A stretch of 64,000 bases of DNA from Anaeramoeba ignava BMAN (taxonomy: Eukaryota > Protista > Anaeramoebae), in assembly GCA_028826165.1 (NCBI GenBank), contig JAPDFW010000021.1, forward strand, positions 1 to 64,000. The letters run 5' to 3'. Numbering within the stretch: the first letter of the stretch is position 1; every line of letters starts with the position of its first letter. The notes beneath the pieces are model-generated. The model searched no databases. It saw only the letters and a program-made list of their open reading frames with translations, and had not been told where the DNA came from. The position numbers and the translations under genes were made by a program. Below are positions 24,301 to 37,140 of this stretch, one piece after another.

Positions 24301-27300
24301 TATGAAGAAAAATATAAAACAAAATTGGAAAGAATTATTTACAGTTGAATTATTTGAACCGTTCATTCAATTAATGAAAGAAAATAAAAACAACACAAAA
24401 ATAATTGAAATATGTCTTGAAATTATTTATTTTATTGATATTTCTCTTAATGAAAATCAGGAAAGTAATCAAAATTTGGAAAAGAAAAAAGAATTAGAAA
24501 TTGCTAAATTGAAAGATTTTTATCCTTTAATACACAATATATTGATTAATAATATAAATCAAATTTCAAAAGAAATTGTGGATATTCTTTTCAAAATGAT
24601 GATTTATGAAAAAAGAAGTGAGAAATCTAAATTTTCATTTATTCAAAACGCATTTATTTTAGAAACAATTTGTGAAATTTTTAATCGTTCTCCAAATTTA
24701 TTTAATATCATGAATTTCAATCATCTATTCGTTTTAATAGCAGAAAATAATTTCAACAAAAAGAAAATTCTCTCACAATTTGGATGGCAAAAATGGTTAA
24801 ATTCTTTAATAAATTTCAATTACTTTCATGAAAACGGAAATAATGAAAATCAAATTGAAATTGAAAATCAAAATGAAAATCAAAAAGATATTAATGAAAT
24901 TATTTTCAACATTTTCAAGTTAATGTTTATTTATTGCTTCCATAATCAATCTTACAATTTCCCAGAAATATTTGAAAATTTTCTTTCATCTGTTTATTTA
25001 GTCCATTTTTCATCAACAGATAAAGAAACAATTCCTAAAATAATTAAAAGAATAATAAATGATATTTTTAAGGATCTTAATCAAAATTCAAAACAAGAAA
25101 TTGATAAGAAAAACACTAATCGATATTTATTTATATCAACTTCAACAAATTCAAATATCTCAAAAGAAGATTTTTTCAAGAATTTATTTTATTTAGTCAA
25201 AGTATTAAATGGAATTGTTTTCAAATTACCAAAAAATGAATTTCAATTCCCAATTTCAGAAAAACAAATACAAGATTCATTCACTCAAACAACAATTTCA
25301 AATCATTTTACAAAAATTCTCAAAACTCCAAAATCAAATGAAAATATCAATTTAAAAATGAAATGGATTTAAATAACATTTTAAAAACTAAATTTCATTT
25401 ATTTGAAAAAACAGAACTTTTGAAAAATTTAATTCTTATTTTGGAAAATTTTGAATTTTTCAAAGAAAAAGAAATTCAAATCAAAAGAAGAGAAGAAACA
25501 AGAATAATTCACAAAATTATCATTTTCTTGATTTTTGTAACAATTCCAAAATCAGATATTCAATTAACCGATTTTCTTCTTTCCAAATTAAATGAAATGA
25601 TAAATCAATTAATAAATTTTAAATCATCTTCAATTCAAAACCCACAAGAATTAATTACAATTTGTTTCTCTTTCTTATTTTCTTATATTCAAAATGAAAA
25701 TGAAAACAAAAATGAAAATGAAAGAGAAGCGAAAAAGAAAATTTTATTAACATATTTACAAATTTTGATGCAAGAAAATTACAATTTCTTATTTGGATTA
25801 TTTTCAAGTCAAAACAAAAAACATTCTTTACTTCCTCGAAAATCAAATAATTCATTTGTATTTTCATGTAAAAATATAGATGAATTTGAAGAAGAAATCA
25901 TGAAAAAAAAATGGGAAAAGGCAGTAAAGATTGTTTTCTTTCCAATAAATGAAAAAATTTGCAAAGATATTGAAGAAAATGAAAAAGAATTTGTTAGAAT
26001 TCAATCAAACAATATATCTTATTTGAAAAAAATATTTAATCAAGAATATATTATCACAAAAAAAGAAATTTCAATCATTTCCAACAAACTTGAAAAACAA
26101 AAGCAAAATATCATTTCAAAAGAAAAGAAAAGAAAATTGAAAACAGAAACTAATCAAAAGAAAGAATTATTCTCTTTACAAAAGTTCAACAAAATGATTA
26201 AAAATTTAATTTTAGAAAAATATCCTTTGAGTTCAAATTCAATAATTATTTTAGATAAAGAATTTAAAAATGAACAACAAAATTATTATATTAAACTTTC
26301 AGAAATTGAAGATGAAATGAGAAGACAAAAGAAACTAAAATTTTATTCTCAAAAAAATGAAAATGAAAATAAACAGAATTTGATAAAATTAAATCAAAAA
26401 ATCAAAACTAAAATAAATGAAATTGAAGAAAAATTATCACAAATACAAAATGATGATAATAATTCATTTACAACAAAATGTGAAATAATTTCCAAAACCA
26501 AAATAACAAAAGGAATATTTGAAATTACAGAAAACTCAATTAATTTTTTTAATTTTGATTTAAAGAAAGAAAAAGAAAAGAGTTATTCATGGAAAATTGA
26601 GAATATTGAACCAATACATAAAAGAAGATATCTTTTCAATCATTCAGCATTAGAAATATTTTTTGAAAATAGAAAATGTACATTTTTCAATTTTGAAACA
26701 ATGGAAAAAAGAAATGAAATTTATGAAAAAATCCAAAATCATAAATTAACAAGTATTTATCAATCAAAATATAATTATTCAGGAAATGAATCAACAAAAT
26801 GGATTGAAAAAACACAAATAACAGAGCAGTGGCAAGAAAGAAAAATATCTAATTTTGAATATATTATGTATTTAAACACAATATCAGGAAGATCATATCA
26901 AGATATATCACAATATCCAATTTTCCCATGGATTATTTCTGATTATGAATCTGAAAAACTAGATCTTAATAATCCAGAAGTATTTAGAGACTTATCAAAA
27001 CCCATTGGAATATTAAACAATAAAATTATTACTTATTCTGAAAAATATCAAATAAAAGGAAAAGAACAAGAATTTGATTTCAATTATCAAACACTTTATT
27101 CAAATCCAGAAATTGTTTCATCTTATTTGATTAGATTAGAACCATTTACTTCAATTTGTTTAGAAGAAAAATATCCAATATTCAAATCAATTCCGGAAAC
27201 ATGGAAAAAAATCAAAGAATCAAGTAATGATTTTAATACAGAACTTATTCCAGAATTTTTCCATTTACCAGATTTTTTAAGAAAAAGAAAAATATTTTCA

Positions 27301-28706
27301 AATGAAAATGAAATTGAAAATCAAATTGAAAATGAAATTGAAAATGTTGAACTTCCAAAATGGGCTAAAACACCAGAAGAATTTATTCAAATACATAAAG
27401 AAGCACTTGAATCAGAATACGTTTCAGAACATATTAATGAATGGATTGATTTAATATTTGGATATAAACAAAAAGGAAAAGAAGCCAAAAAATCAATTAA
27501 TTTATTTCATCCAAATTTATATGAAGAAAATATTGATTTTTCAAAATTTGAGAAAATGAAAAAATCAAAAAAGAAATTCAAAGAAAAGGACAAATTCCAA
27601 TACAATTATTTACAAAAAAGCATCCAAAAAGATTTACAAAAAAAGAGATCCAACAAAGATCTTTTTCATCTCCTTTCCCATTATTTGAATGGGAAAATAT
27701 CTTGTTATCAAATACAACTCTCAATTTTGTCAGAAAAAGATTTACAATGAGTTCAAATCCAATTATATTTATCAATTATATAGAAATGATTGAATCTATA
27801 AAGATACTTGGGGATTTCGATAAAATTATCACATTTGATAAAGAAAGAAATATTGGAAAACATAAAATTTCTTTAGTTTATCCAATTTCAAATCAACCAA
27901 ATTTTAATTTCCAAACTGAAGAAAAAATTGAAGAAAAAATTGGAGTTTCATTTGCAAAAGATTTTAATAATTTCCAAGAATGTTTAGCAATGGATAAAAA
28001 TTCAAAATATATTGTTTGTTGTGGATTTTATGACAATACTTTCAAAATATTTGATATTGAAAATTTCAAAATGATTCAAAGTATTTCAAAACATCTAGAT
28101 ATTGTGAATTGTTCAAAAATGAATTGGAAATATATTGTTACAGGATCACAAGATACAACAGTAATTGTTTGGGAAATTGATTTGAAAGAAGGGAAAGTGA
28201 AAGAAATTCCAAAACATATTTTTTTTGAACATGAAAAAGAAGTGAAAAGTGTTGCAATTTCAATTGAATATGATATTGTTTTAAGTGGATCTATTGATGG
28301 AAAATTAATATTTCATTCGTTAAACAAAGGAAAACTTATTCAATCAATAATTTTATCAGATCAAAAACCAATTTCAATTATTAAAATAATTAAAGAAGGA
28401 AATATTATTACATTTTCAGAAAATTCTAATAAATTAAGATTATTTACAATTAATGGATATTTACTAAAAGAAGTTAAATGTTTACAAAATATTTATTCAA
28501 TCTCAATTACAGAAGATTCAAATTTTATATTTTTAGGAGGAGAAAAAGGAATTCTTGAAATTAGGAAATTATTTAATTTAGAGCCAATTCAAAAAGTTGA
28601 TTTAAAAGAAAAAATTTATTCAATTTCAATTATTGAAAAGGGTTTTTTAATTATTGGATTTGGAAATGGAGAATTAAATATTGGGAATTTTATTGAAAGA
28701 AATTGA
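18369..28706 (+). CDS. Giant BTB - helical - ConA-like - PH - BEACH - WD40 protein; exons 18369-19004, 19070-19280, 19367-19723, 19787-20862, 20936-28706 (frameshifts near 25360 and 27550)
   Basis: Four short GT-AG introns join the ORFs in frame. BTB (SDFKIYCG..IPCHKFILESRSKYF); ConA-like (FSFFTWIRIE..KKWY..IYIDG); PH (IHKRRYLFNHSALEIFF); BEACH (WQERKISNFEYIMYLNTISGRSYQDISQYPIFPW; ELIPEFF; LESEYVSEHINEWIDLIFGYKQ; GQIPIQLFTKKHPKR); WD40 (VTGSQDTTVIVW). Confidence 0.85.
23190..23732 (+). repeat. Coding (AATGAA/AATCAA/AAT)n tract encoding ~180 aa of N/E/Q low complexity
   Basis: In frame within ORF 20951-25372, with no obvious splice donor or acceptor at its edges. Confidence 0.85.
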
Positions 28707-28733
28707 AATTGAAAAATCTTTGATTTGTTTTGA

Positions 28734-31700
28734 TTAATTTTCTTTTTTATTTTCTTTTGATTTCCCTTTTAATTTTTGTTTTAATTGATCTGTTGATTGC
28801 TTTTGGAATTTGTTTGCTAATTCAATCATTTTTTTAACTTTTTCTTCTTTTAATTTCAATAATTTCTCTTTTTTTCTTTCAATTTTAATTGATTTGTTTC
28901 TAAAATCTTTCAAATTTTGATTTGCTGAAAGAGATAAAAGAAATAAGAATTTTTTCCTCATTTTTTCCTTTTGAAATGGTTCATCAGTAATTGGATGATT
29001 TTCCAAAAACGAGATTGCCATTGAAAATTCTTTATCAGAAACATTTGATTTCTGGGGAAGAATCGATTGAATCATTTTTCTTTGATGAGAAAGAAAATCC
29101 ATCAAACAATTTGCAAAAACACGAAGAATTGGATTATTTGTTTCATGGTCAATCAACATCATTGCAGCATAAGATTCATCAAATGATTTTTTGTCATCAA
29201 GTCTTAAAATTGAGGAAATAGAACCGCTACTTGTTCCGACAAACTTCTTGACAGCTTCTGTTGCTGAAGAAAAAATTGACATGAAAAACTTGACAAAATC
29301 ATAAACGGAAAAAACTGTTCTTTCAACCACTTTGTTGTCTCTGATGCAGATTTTAGTCATTAATTTCTGCACAATAACCACAAATATAATCTGATATGCA
29401 ATCGTAATCGCAATGAAAATGGCGACGTATTTGAGGATGTTATACAATAAATTTTTTGAAGCAAACCAATAAATTGCTGGGATAATAAACAATATGATGA
29501 ATGCAATCACCCAAACTACACAAAATGCAATTACTCCGACCCACACTTGCAGATTTGTATATGAAGTTACTTCGATTGGATCTACTTTACTGAATCCTGG
29601 GAAAGGCTTCTTTCCTTGTCTTAGCATCATGATTCTCTTCCGATACAAATTGAAAATTGATTTCCAAAGCAAAAGAAGAATAACAAATGCGGCCAATGCT
29701 GAAACACCTGAAATAACTGAGAATGCGTTGAGAATCTGATTTGCTCTTTCTCTTGAAAAGGAGTGAACAAAGCGTGAAAAAGAATTTTCAAGTGGGTTTT
29801 TATCAACTGAACACATTTCATCGATTTGTTGGATTAATTGAATTGCATAAATCGAAATTGATTCTGAATACAAACTCACAAGAGGCTTCCCAGTGAAGCA
29901 ATTACTTTCTTGGATGTCTCCAATCACTTCCTGTCTCATTAATTGAAGAGTCAAACACGCGTTTTTGATGATTTTTGTTACAAGTAACACAATTAGTGCT
30001 ACTAAAACAACCCAAAGCCAAAATGCTGCAAGTAATCTTTGTGGATAATAGAAATCATAATATTCCTCATATTCTCTGTGTTCGTTTTTTTTGTTTGAAA
30101 ATTTTGATTTGATTTTTTTCATCATTTCTTTTATCCATTTCCAAATCCAACTCCAAAAAATTGAACATTTGTTTCTTTTTTTATTCTTTTCTTCATCTTT
30201 CTCATTTTCATCATCTTCTTCACTTTTTGGTTCTAGTTCTCTTTTAAATAATAGTGAATTGACAATTCTTTGAGTTTCGAAATTGTTTGTTGATTTTTTG
30301 AGTATAAAATTGATTTCTTTTTCTGACAATTCTGAAATTTTTTTATTTTTCAAGTTTTCTTTGAATTGTTTTTTTTCAAGAGCTTTTTTTTCCTTTTCGT
30401 TTTCATTTTCTGAAACACTTTCCAATTCAATTTCTTGGTTTTGATTTTCATTTTCATTTTCATTTTGATTTTGATTTTCATTTTGATTTTCATTTTCATT
30501 TTGATTTTCAATAAAATCATCTAAATCAAGATTTTCCAAATCACTTGATTCTGAATCAGAAAATTTTTTCACTAATTTTCTTTCAATTTCCAAAAATTTC
30601 AAAGATTTCTTGGCTCCAATAGGAAGTATTTTTTTGAGTAAATTCCAATAACCAGACATTCTTTCATGAGCAAAAAAATGTTTTTCGATCCAAATTTTAA
30701 ATTTAGGGATTATTCTTGCCAAAATAATCAACAATAAAATCAAAAGAGCCAAAGAAGAAATAATTGCTTCAAAAACCGACAAAGCAACAAATTGTCTTGA
30801 TTCTGATCTTTCAGGATTTGCGATCAATTTAGGAAGAAAAGCAATTAAAACAGCCATCAAGCCAACAACAATAACAAAAGTGAGGATATTGTGATTTTTG
30901 GGAGAATTGAGGAAGAAAGGAAGAACAAGACTAAAACTAACAACCCAGAAAATAACAGATTGCTTGAGAGAATCAAGTGCTTTTGTGAATACAAACTTGT
31001 CAGGTGAAGAAATCAAGACTGTTTGAAAATCTGACTGAATTCCCAAAACAGAAAAGGCAATTTGAGCCTTTACTTTTCCTTCTTCATCCAAACACGAAGG
31101 AATATTTGAAGAAGAGTCAAATCGGATATTTTGCAAATTTCGAATACCGCCAATATCTGTGAATAAATCATCTCCTGAAGCTGAAGCATTTGAGCATTCT
31201 GTGATAATCTCAATGGGAAAGGAAATGTTTTTGTGAATTTCTAAAGTGAAATCAACAGTAATAACTGCAGAGAATTTTTCTCCGATATTCAATTCACTTG
31301 GAATGTTTTGCAAATCAGCCTTTACACTTATCACTGGGTTTTCCACATAAAAAGAGTCTGATGAGGTATGGATATCGTTGTAAATAAACTGTATTGTGTA
31401 GTTTTCGTTTGTCCCTGAATCCATTCTGAGATTGAATACTGCAATTCCATTTTCATCAGTTGTTGCTATTGAATTTTTTGGATCGAGTCTTGCGTTGATT
31501 GAATTTTGAGACACGATAGCTGCTGTGATGATTTTACCGGGAACAGGATACGAAAAGGAAAACAGTTGCACAATACTTGATCCCATATATGCCTTTTTAT
31601 TAACCATTACTTGGTCTGAAAAAGGAAACGGGAATCCCACTTGGCATCCTGATGCTGGTGAACTTAATACAAATAAGTGAGTAGGATCTCTGATTATTTT

Positions 31701-34700
31701 GATTGATTCTTCGTATTTTTCTCCGTCACATTCAAACTTGATTCTTATTGTTTCCCACTCTTGTTTTCCAATTGCAACTACGGAAGAGAATGTTGCGATT
31801 CCGTTTTCATTTGTTTTTTCAAAACCCATTCCTTCCCACTCTTCACTTGATTGGTTATAAACCCAGAAAGTGACATATTTATTCTCAAGAGGAATATTTG
31901 TTGATTTTTCTGAAATGAGAACTTTTGGAGATTTCGGGAATTTTTGGTCTAGCAAAATTTGATAAGGAAGATCGAAAATTTCCAATTTTACATTTTGTTT
32001 TGAGATATTAAAGAAAACTCTCTCGTAATCCGAACCAAATCCACAATTCTGTACTAAAAAATCCAAAGAAGCATATCCGTCTTTTTTGGCATAGAGTAGT
32101 GATAAATCCCAAGTGACTTCTCCATTTTCATCTGAAGGAGCAATGCTTTGAACGAAATTGTCATATTGTTCGGAATTAAAATCAATAGGATAAGTCTGGT
32201 TGTTATCATTTCCTCCATTTTCATCTATTTGAATGTAACCATATAAACCTTGAATTGGATCTCCTGTTGTTGAGTCATTGATTTGGAGTTTTGGTTGATA
32301 TGTCATTTTTTGATAACCTGAAATAAAAGGCAATGTTGTGTTCCAAGTCACAGTTAAAGTTATTAACTGAGATGGACTACAAATACTCACCATTACTTTA
32401 GAATTTGCAGGAACTCCATTAATAAAAACCATTAGATCAAAAGGAATATAATCCCCATCTTCATTCTTTGATTGTTTATTGATCACAAAATTTTCAAGAA
32501 TAAGTTCATCTATTATCAAAATCAATTTTTTTTTTAAATTTTTTTTAAATTTTATGAAAATTATTAGATATAGTTTATAGTCTCTAACCTTGTTCTGTGA
32601 TGTTTTCTTTTCCTTGATATAAATTTTGAGTTAAATTTTTGGTTATAAAACTTGAATTTTTGCCAAAAATAGTTCCATAGTAATCATTTGTATTAAACCC
32701 AAGAACATGAACAGTCATATTAGAATAACTTTGGTGAATATTTTCTGGGAAAAGCTTGACTTTAATAGATTCATTACCAAAACTAACACCTGGAAGCAAA
32801 TAATTATCACTATCTGGAGAATAGATAATTTCCACTTTTTCAATAGCATTTAACAAGTTGATTTCAAAGCATTCCATCCAATTCCAATAGGTCATATCAG
32901 GAATATAACCTTGAGAAACAGAGAAGCAAACTTTACTTCTCATTGCAATTCCATATATTGTTGTTGAAATGGTTGCTGTTCCGTTTGTGACTTCCCAATA
33001 TCCTTGTTGAGGAGAAATGGCAAAACCCATTGGAAGATCACAAGGATCAACAAATATTGTCAAGTTAAAGGTCTCGTTATCCATTGTTATTCCGTTGAAA
33101 TCTTGGATAAGCAAATTCCAATGTAATTCTACTCCAGATTCAATATTTTCATCCCAATTTGATATGTTGATTCTGGAAACAACTCTTGGATCGAAATCCT
33201 CAAAGAAATAAATTGTCACGTTAATTGGATCCGATTGAATATCATCGACATCTACAAAGCATGTTTGATTTGAGCCATTTACACTTGGGCCAACACAAGC
33301 CCAATCCAAACATAAAAACGCAAATCCATTTTCATCAGTTGTGAATTGATGAGGATCAAATGTGAAGTTGTCGCAAATAAAAGTGATTAATTTGTCTGCA
33401 ATTCCTTTTCTTGTTTCATCTTGGACTTGTATAATTGACCATTTATCACTTTCAAGTTGGAAATCACTTGATATTTTGATTTCCTGAATTTTTTCAATCC
33501 AAATGATTTCCTTCACTGATGGAACAACTTGAATATCATTAGTTTCAACAACAAAATCATCGCAAACAAATTTGATTTTAAAAAAGCAATCATTTTTTGT
33601 TAATCCTTCAACTGAGAATTTTAAGTTTGAGAAATTCGCTCTATTTAAAAGGATGAGTAAATTAATAAATAAAAATAATAATAATAATAAATTTATTATT
33701 ATTATTATTATTATTTTCTAAAATGTTACATTCCATTTTCATCTGTCATAACAATCGTATTCAAAAGGTATTTTGAATTTGGAATTGGTTCTTGATTTTC
33801 AGAAACTGAATAATTGCATTGTTTGGAAATTTTTGCCACAACTGGTTTGTTTGCAATTCCGTTTGCAGTAGCATCTTTTACAGAAATTATCCATGGTTCT
33901 GCAAATTTTTCTCCTTCTTTAACACTTAAAGATCCATTTTGTTGAATTAGAACCATAGAAACTGAATATAAATCAAAAATCAAAAAAAAAAAAATTAATT
34001 CAATCAATTAATCATTTCTTTTTCTTAAATTCAAATTCAAATTAAAAAACCATTTGTTTGGAATGAGAGAATAAAATAACCAGGAATTTCAACATAAATA
34101 ATTTCATCATAAGTTGAAACTTGTATTCCTTCTGCAAAAGCTGTAAATCTCATTTTTGTTTTTGTTGAACCAAGAAAAGTATAATTGATATTAGACTCAA
34201 GATTAAGATCTTCATTTATAGAAACAATCTCTATCCAACCTTTTAAATTTTGAATTTTGAAATTTTGAATTAAATTTTAAGTTTTGAATTTTAAATTGAA
34301 TCAAATAAATTCTTGTTACAATAAGATTCATATTCAGGTATATCCCATGAACGAAAACCTGAAACTAAAGATACTCTAACATTACTCAAATCTGTATAAT
34401 TTTCAGAACCAATTCCAAAGCTATATCTCAAAAGAATTACATCTCCATAATTTACAAGTTGATTGTGAATTGAATCATTATTTTGAAGCCATAAATTATT
34501 AACTAAAAAGTGGAACAAAAGTGAGAAGAAAAAAAAAATTTTTTTTTCCTTTTTCTTTTTAAAACAAAAATAAAAATAAAAATAAAAATAAAAAAATACT
34601 TTGAGTTTTCAAAGAAAGAGGAAAAGAAATTTGAGAAATTTCTGAATTGATATTGTTAAAAAGAGTAGCAGCTAAAATAGGAAAAAAATTAAATTTAAAA

Positions 34701-36560
34701 AATTTTTTTGAATTGAATTAAATATTAAAATTGATTATTGAATATTGAATATTGAATATTGAATATTGAATATTAAATATTGAATTTTGAATTGAATTAA
34801 ATATTGAATTTTGAATTGAATTAAATATTAAATATTGAATTAAATTGAATTAAATATTGAATTAAATATTGAATTAAATTGAATTAAATTGAATTAAATT
34901 GAATTGAATTAAATTGAATTGAATTGAATATTAAATATTGAATTGAATTGAATATTAAATTGAATTGAATTGAATTAAATTGAATTGAATTGAATTGAAT
35001 TAAATTAAATATTGAATTGAATATTAAATATTAAATATTGAATTGAATTAAATTAAATATTGAATTAAATATTGAATTAAATATTGAATTAAATTGAATT
35101 AAATTGAATTGAATTGAATATTAAATATTGAATTGAATTGAATATTAAATATTGAATTGAATTGAATTAAATTGAATATTGAATATTAAATATTGAATTG
35201 AATTAAATATTGAATTGAATATTAAATATTGAATTGAATTGAATATTAAATATTGAATTGAATTGAATTGAATATTAAATTGAATTAAATATTGAATTGA
35301 ATTGAATTGAATTGAATTGAATTGAATGGAATTGAATTGAATTGAATTAAATTGAATATTGAATTAAATATTAAATATTGAATTGAATTGAATTGAATTG
35401 AATATTGAATATTGAATATTAAATATTGAATTTTGAATTGAATTAAATATTGAATTTTGAATTGAATTGAATTGAATTAAATATTGAATTAAATATTGAA
35501 TTGAATTAAATTGAATTGAATTAAATATTGAATATTGAATTAAATATTGAATTGAATTGAATTGAATTGAATTGAATTGAATTGAATTGAATATTAAATA
35601 TTGAATTGAATTGAATATTAAATATTGAATTGAATTGAATTAAATATTGAATATTGAATTAAATATTGAATTGAATTGAATTAAATATTGAATTGAATTA
35701 AATATTGAATTGAATATTGAATATTGAATTGAATTGAATTGAATTGAATTAAATATTGAATTAAATATTGAATTGAATTGAATTGAATTGAAAATGTTTT
35801 TGAATTAAATTGAATTACAAGGCCCAGAATTATTAAGTTCACTTTTAAATTCACATTGAGAAAAAAATGTCAATCTAACTGTTTCACTTGAACCTGAAAG
35901 AACAGAAATTTGAGAAAATGTTGCTATTCCATCATTATTTGTATATTGGGTTGTATCTCCTGATAATTCAATTCCTGTTTTTAATTTATCTCTCATTTGT
36001 AAAAGTGTTAAATCTGTTCCTTCTTCATTTTCTGGTATATCTAAAGTAGTAGCATTTACAATTACTTTACAATTTGTAATTCCATCTGATTTAAATTTTT
36101 TAGAAACTCTCAACTACAATTTTTAAATTAATTTTTATTCGTAATTTTTAAATTAATTTTTATTCTTAATTTTAATTAATTTTTATTCTTAATTTTATTG
36201 TTACTTTTGCATTAAATGGTTGATGATAATAAACTTCAGTTTCATTTGGGAATTGATAAAAACCTAAACTAAAAATTATAAAAAAAAATTTTTTTTAATT
36301 AAAAAGGGGAATTAAAACTTAATCAAAAAAAAAACAATAAACAAACAATTTACTTACTTTAAACCAATTTTATCTTCATTTATTTCTGTTCCTTCAAGTA
36401 AATATCTAATAGCAACTCCAAATGTAAAAATAAAAAAAGTTGAAAGCATAAAAATTGTTAAAGACCGCCAAATAACATCATCTCCAACAAAATCAATAAA
36501 TCTTGGCTTTCCAATCCATTTAAAAATTTTTTTAAATAAATTTGAACAAAATTTTTTCAT
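28734..36560 (-). CDS. STRA6-like multipass membrane protein with large Ig/invasin-like ectodomain, paralogue A (~2,010 aa); exons 36560-36358, 36268-36205, 36113-35819, 34671-34600, 34502-34320, 34239-34081, 33961-33730, 33640-32589, 32509-28734
   Basis: Eight GT-AG introns give one continuous frame. N-terminal signal-anchor; repeated T(D/N)xNGxA.F motifs; 3 TM + acidic loop + further TMs; C-terminal YRKRIMMLRQGK, RLD..D.SY..M..IDHETNNPILRVF, RKKFLFLLSLSANQNL. Confidence 0.75.
34672..35818 (-). repeat. 1.15-kb intron filled with (TGAAT)n / TAAATAT simple satellite
   Basis: GTAATT donor at 35818, TTTTAG acceptor at 34672; pentamer/heptamer mosaic between. Confidence 0.85.
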
Positions 36561-36644
36561 TTTAATTTTGTTTAAAAAAAGAAAGGAGAGGAAAAATGAA
36601 ATTTCGAATTTTTTTGAATTTTTATTTTCTTTCTTTTTCTTTTT

Positions 36645-37135
36645 TTAATTTTGATTTTGATTTTGATTTAGATTTAATTTGATTTTGATTTTGATTTTGA
36701 TTTTGATTTAATTTGATTTGATTTTGATTTTGATTTTAATTTTTGATTTAATTTGATTTTAATTTAATTTAATTTAATTTAATTTAATTTGATTTTGATT
36801 TTGATTTAATTTGATTTAATTTTGATTTTGATTTTGGTTCTGATTTAGATTTAATTTAATTTGATTTTGATTTGATTTTGATTTGATTTTGATTTTGGTT
36901 TTGGTTTTGGTTTTGATTTTGATTTAATTTTTGATTTAATTTGATTTTAATTTAATTTAATTTAATTTAATTTGATTTAATTTGATTTTGATTTTGATTT
37001 TGATTTTAATTTAATTTAATTTGATTTTGATTTTGATTTTGATTTTGATTTAATTTGATTTTGGTTTTGATTTTGGTTTTGATTTTGATTTTGATTTTGA
37101 TTTAATTTAGTTTGATTTAATTTAATTTAATTTTC
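36645..37135. repeat. (GATTTT/AATTT)n microsatellite between paralogues A and B
   Basis: Direct reading; it is (AAAATC)n on the transcribed strand. Confidence 0.85.
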
Positions 37136-37140
37136 TTTGT

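Noticed and set aside
34690-35805. Telomeric repeat or interstitial telomere
   Set aside because: Irregular TGAAT/TAAATAT mix without G-runs, bounded by splice sites within a gene.
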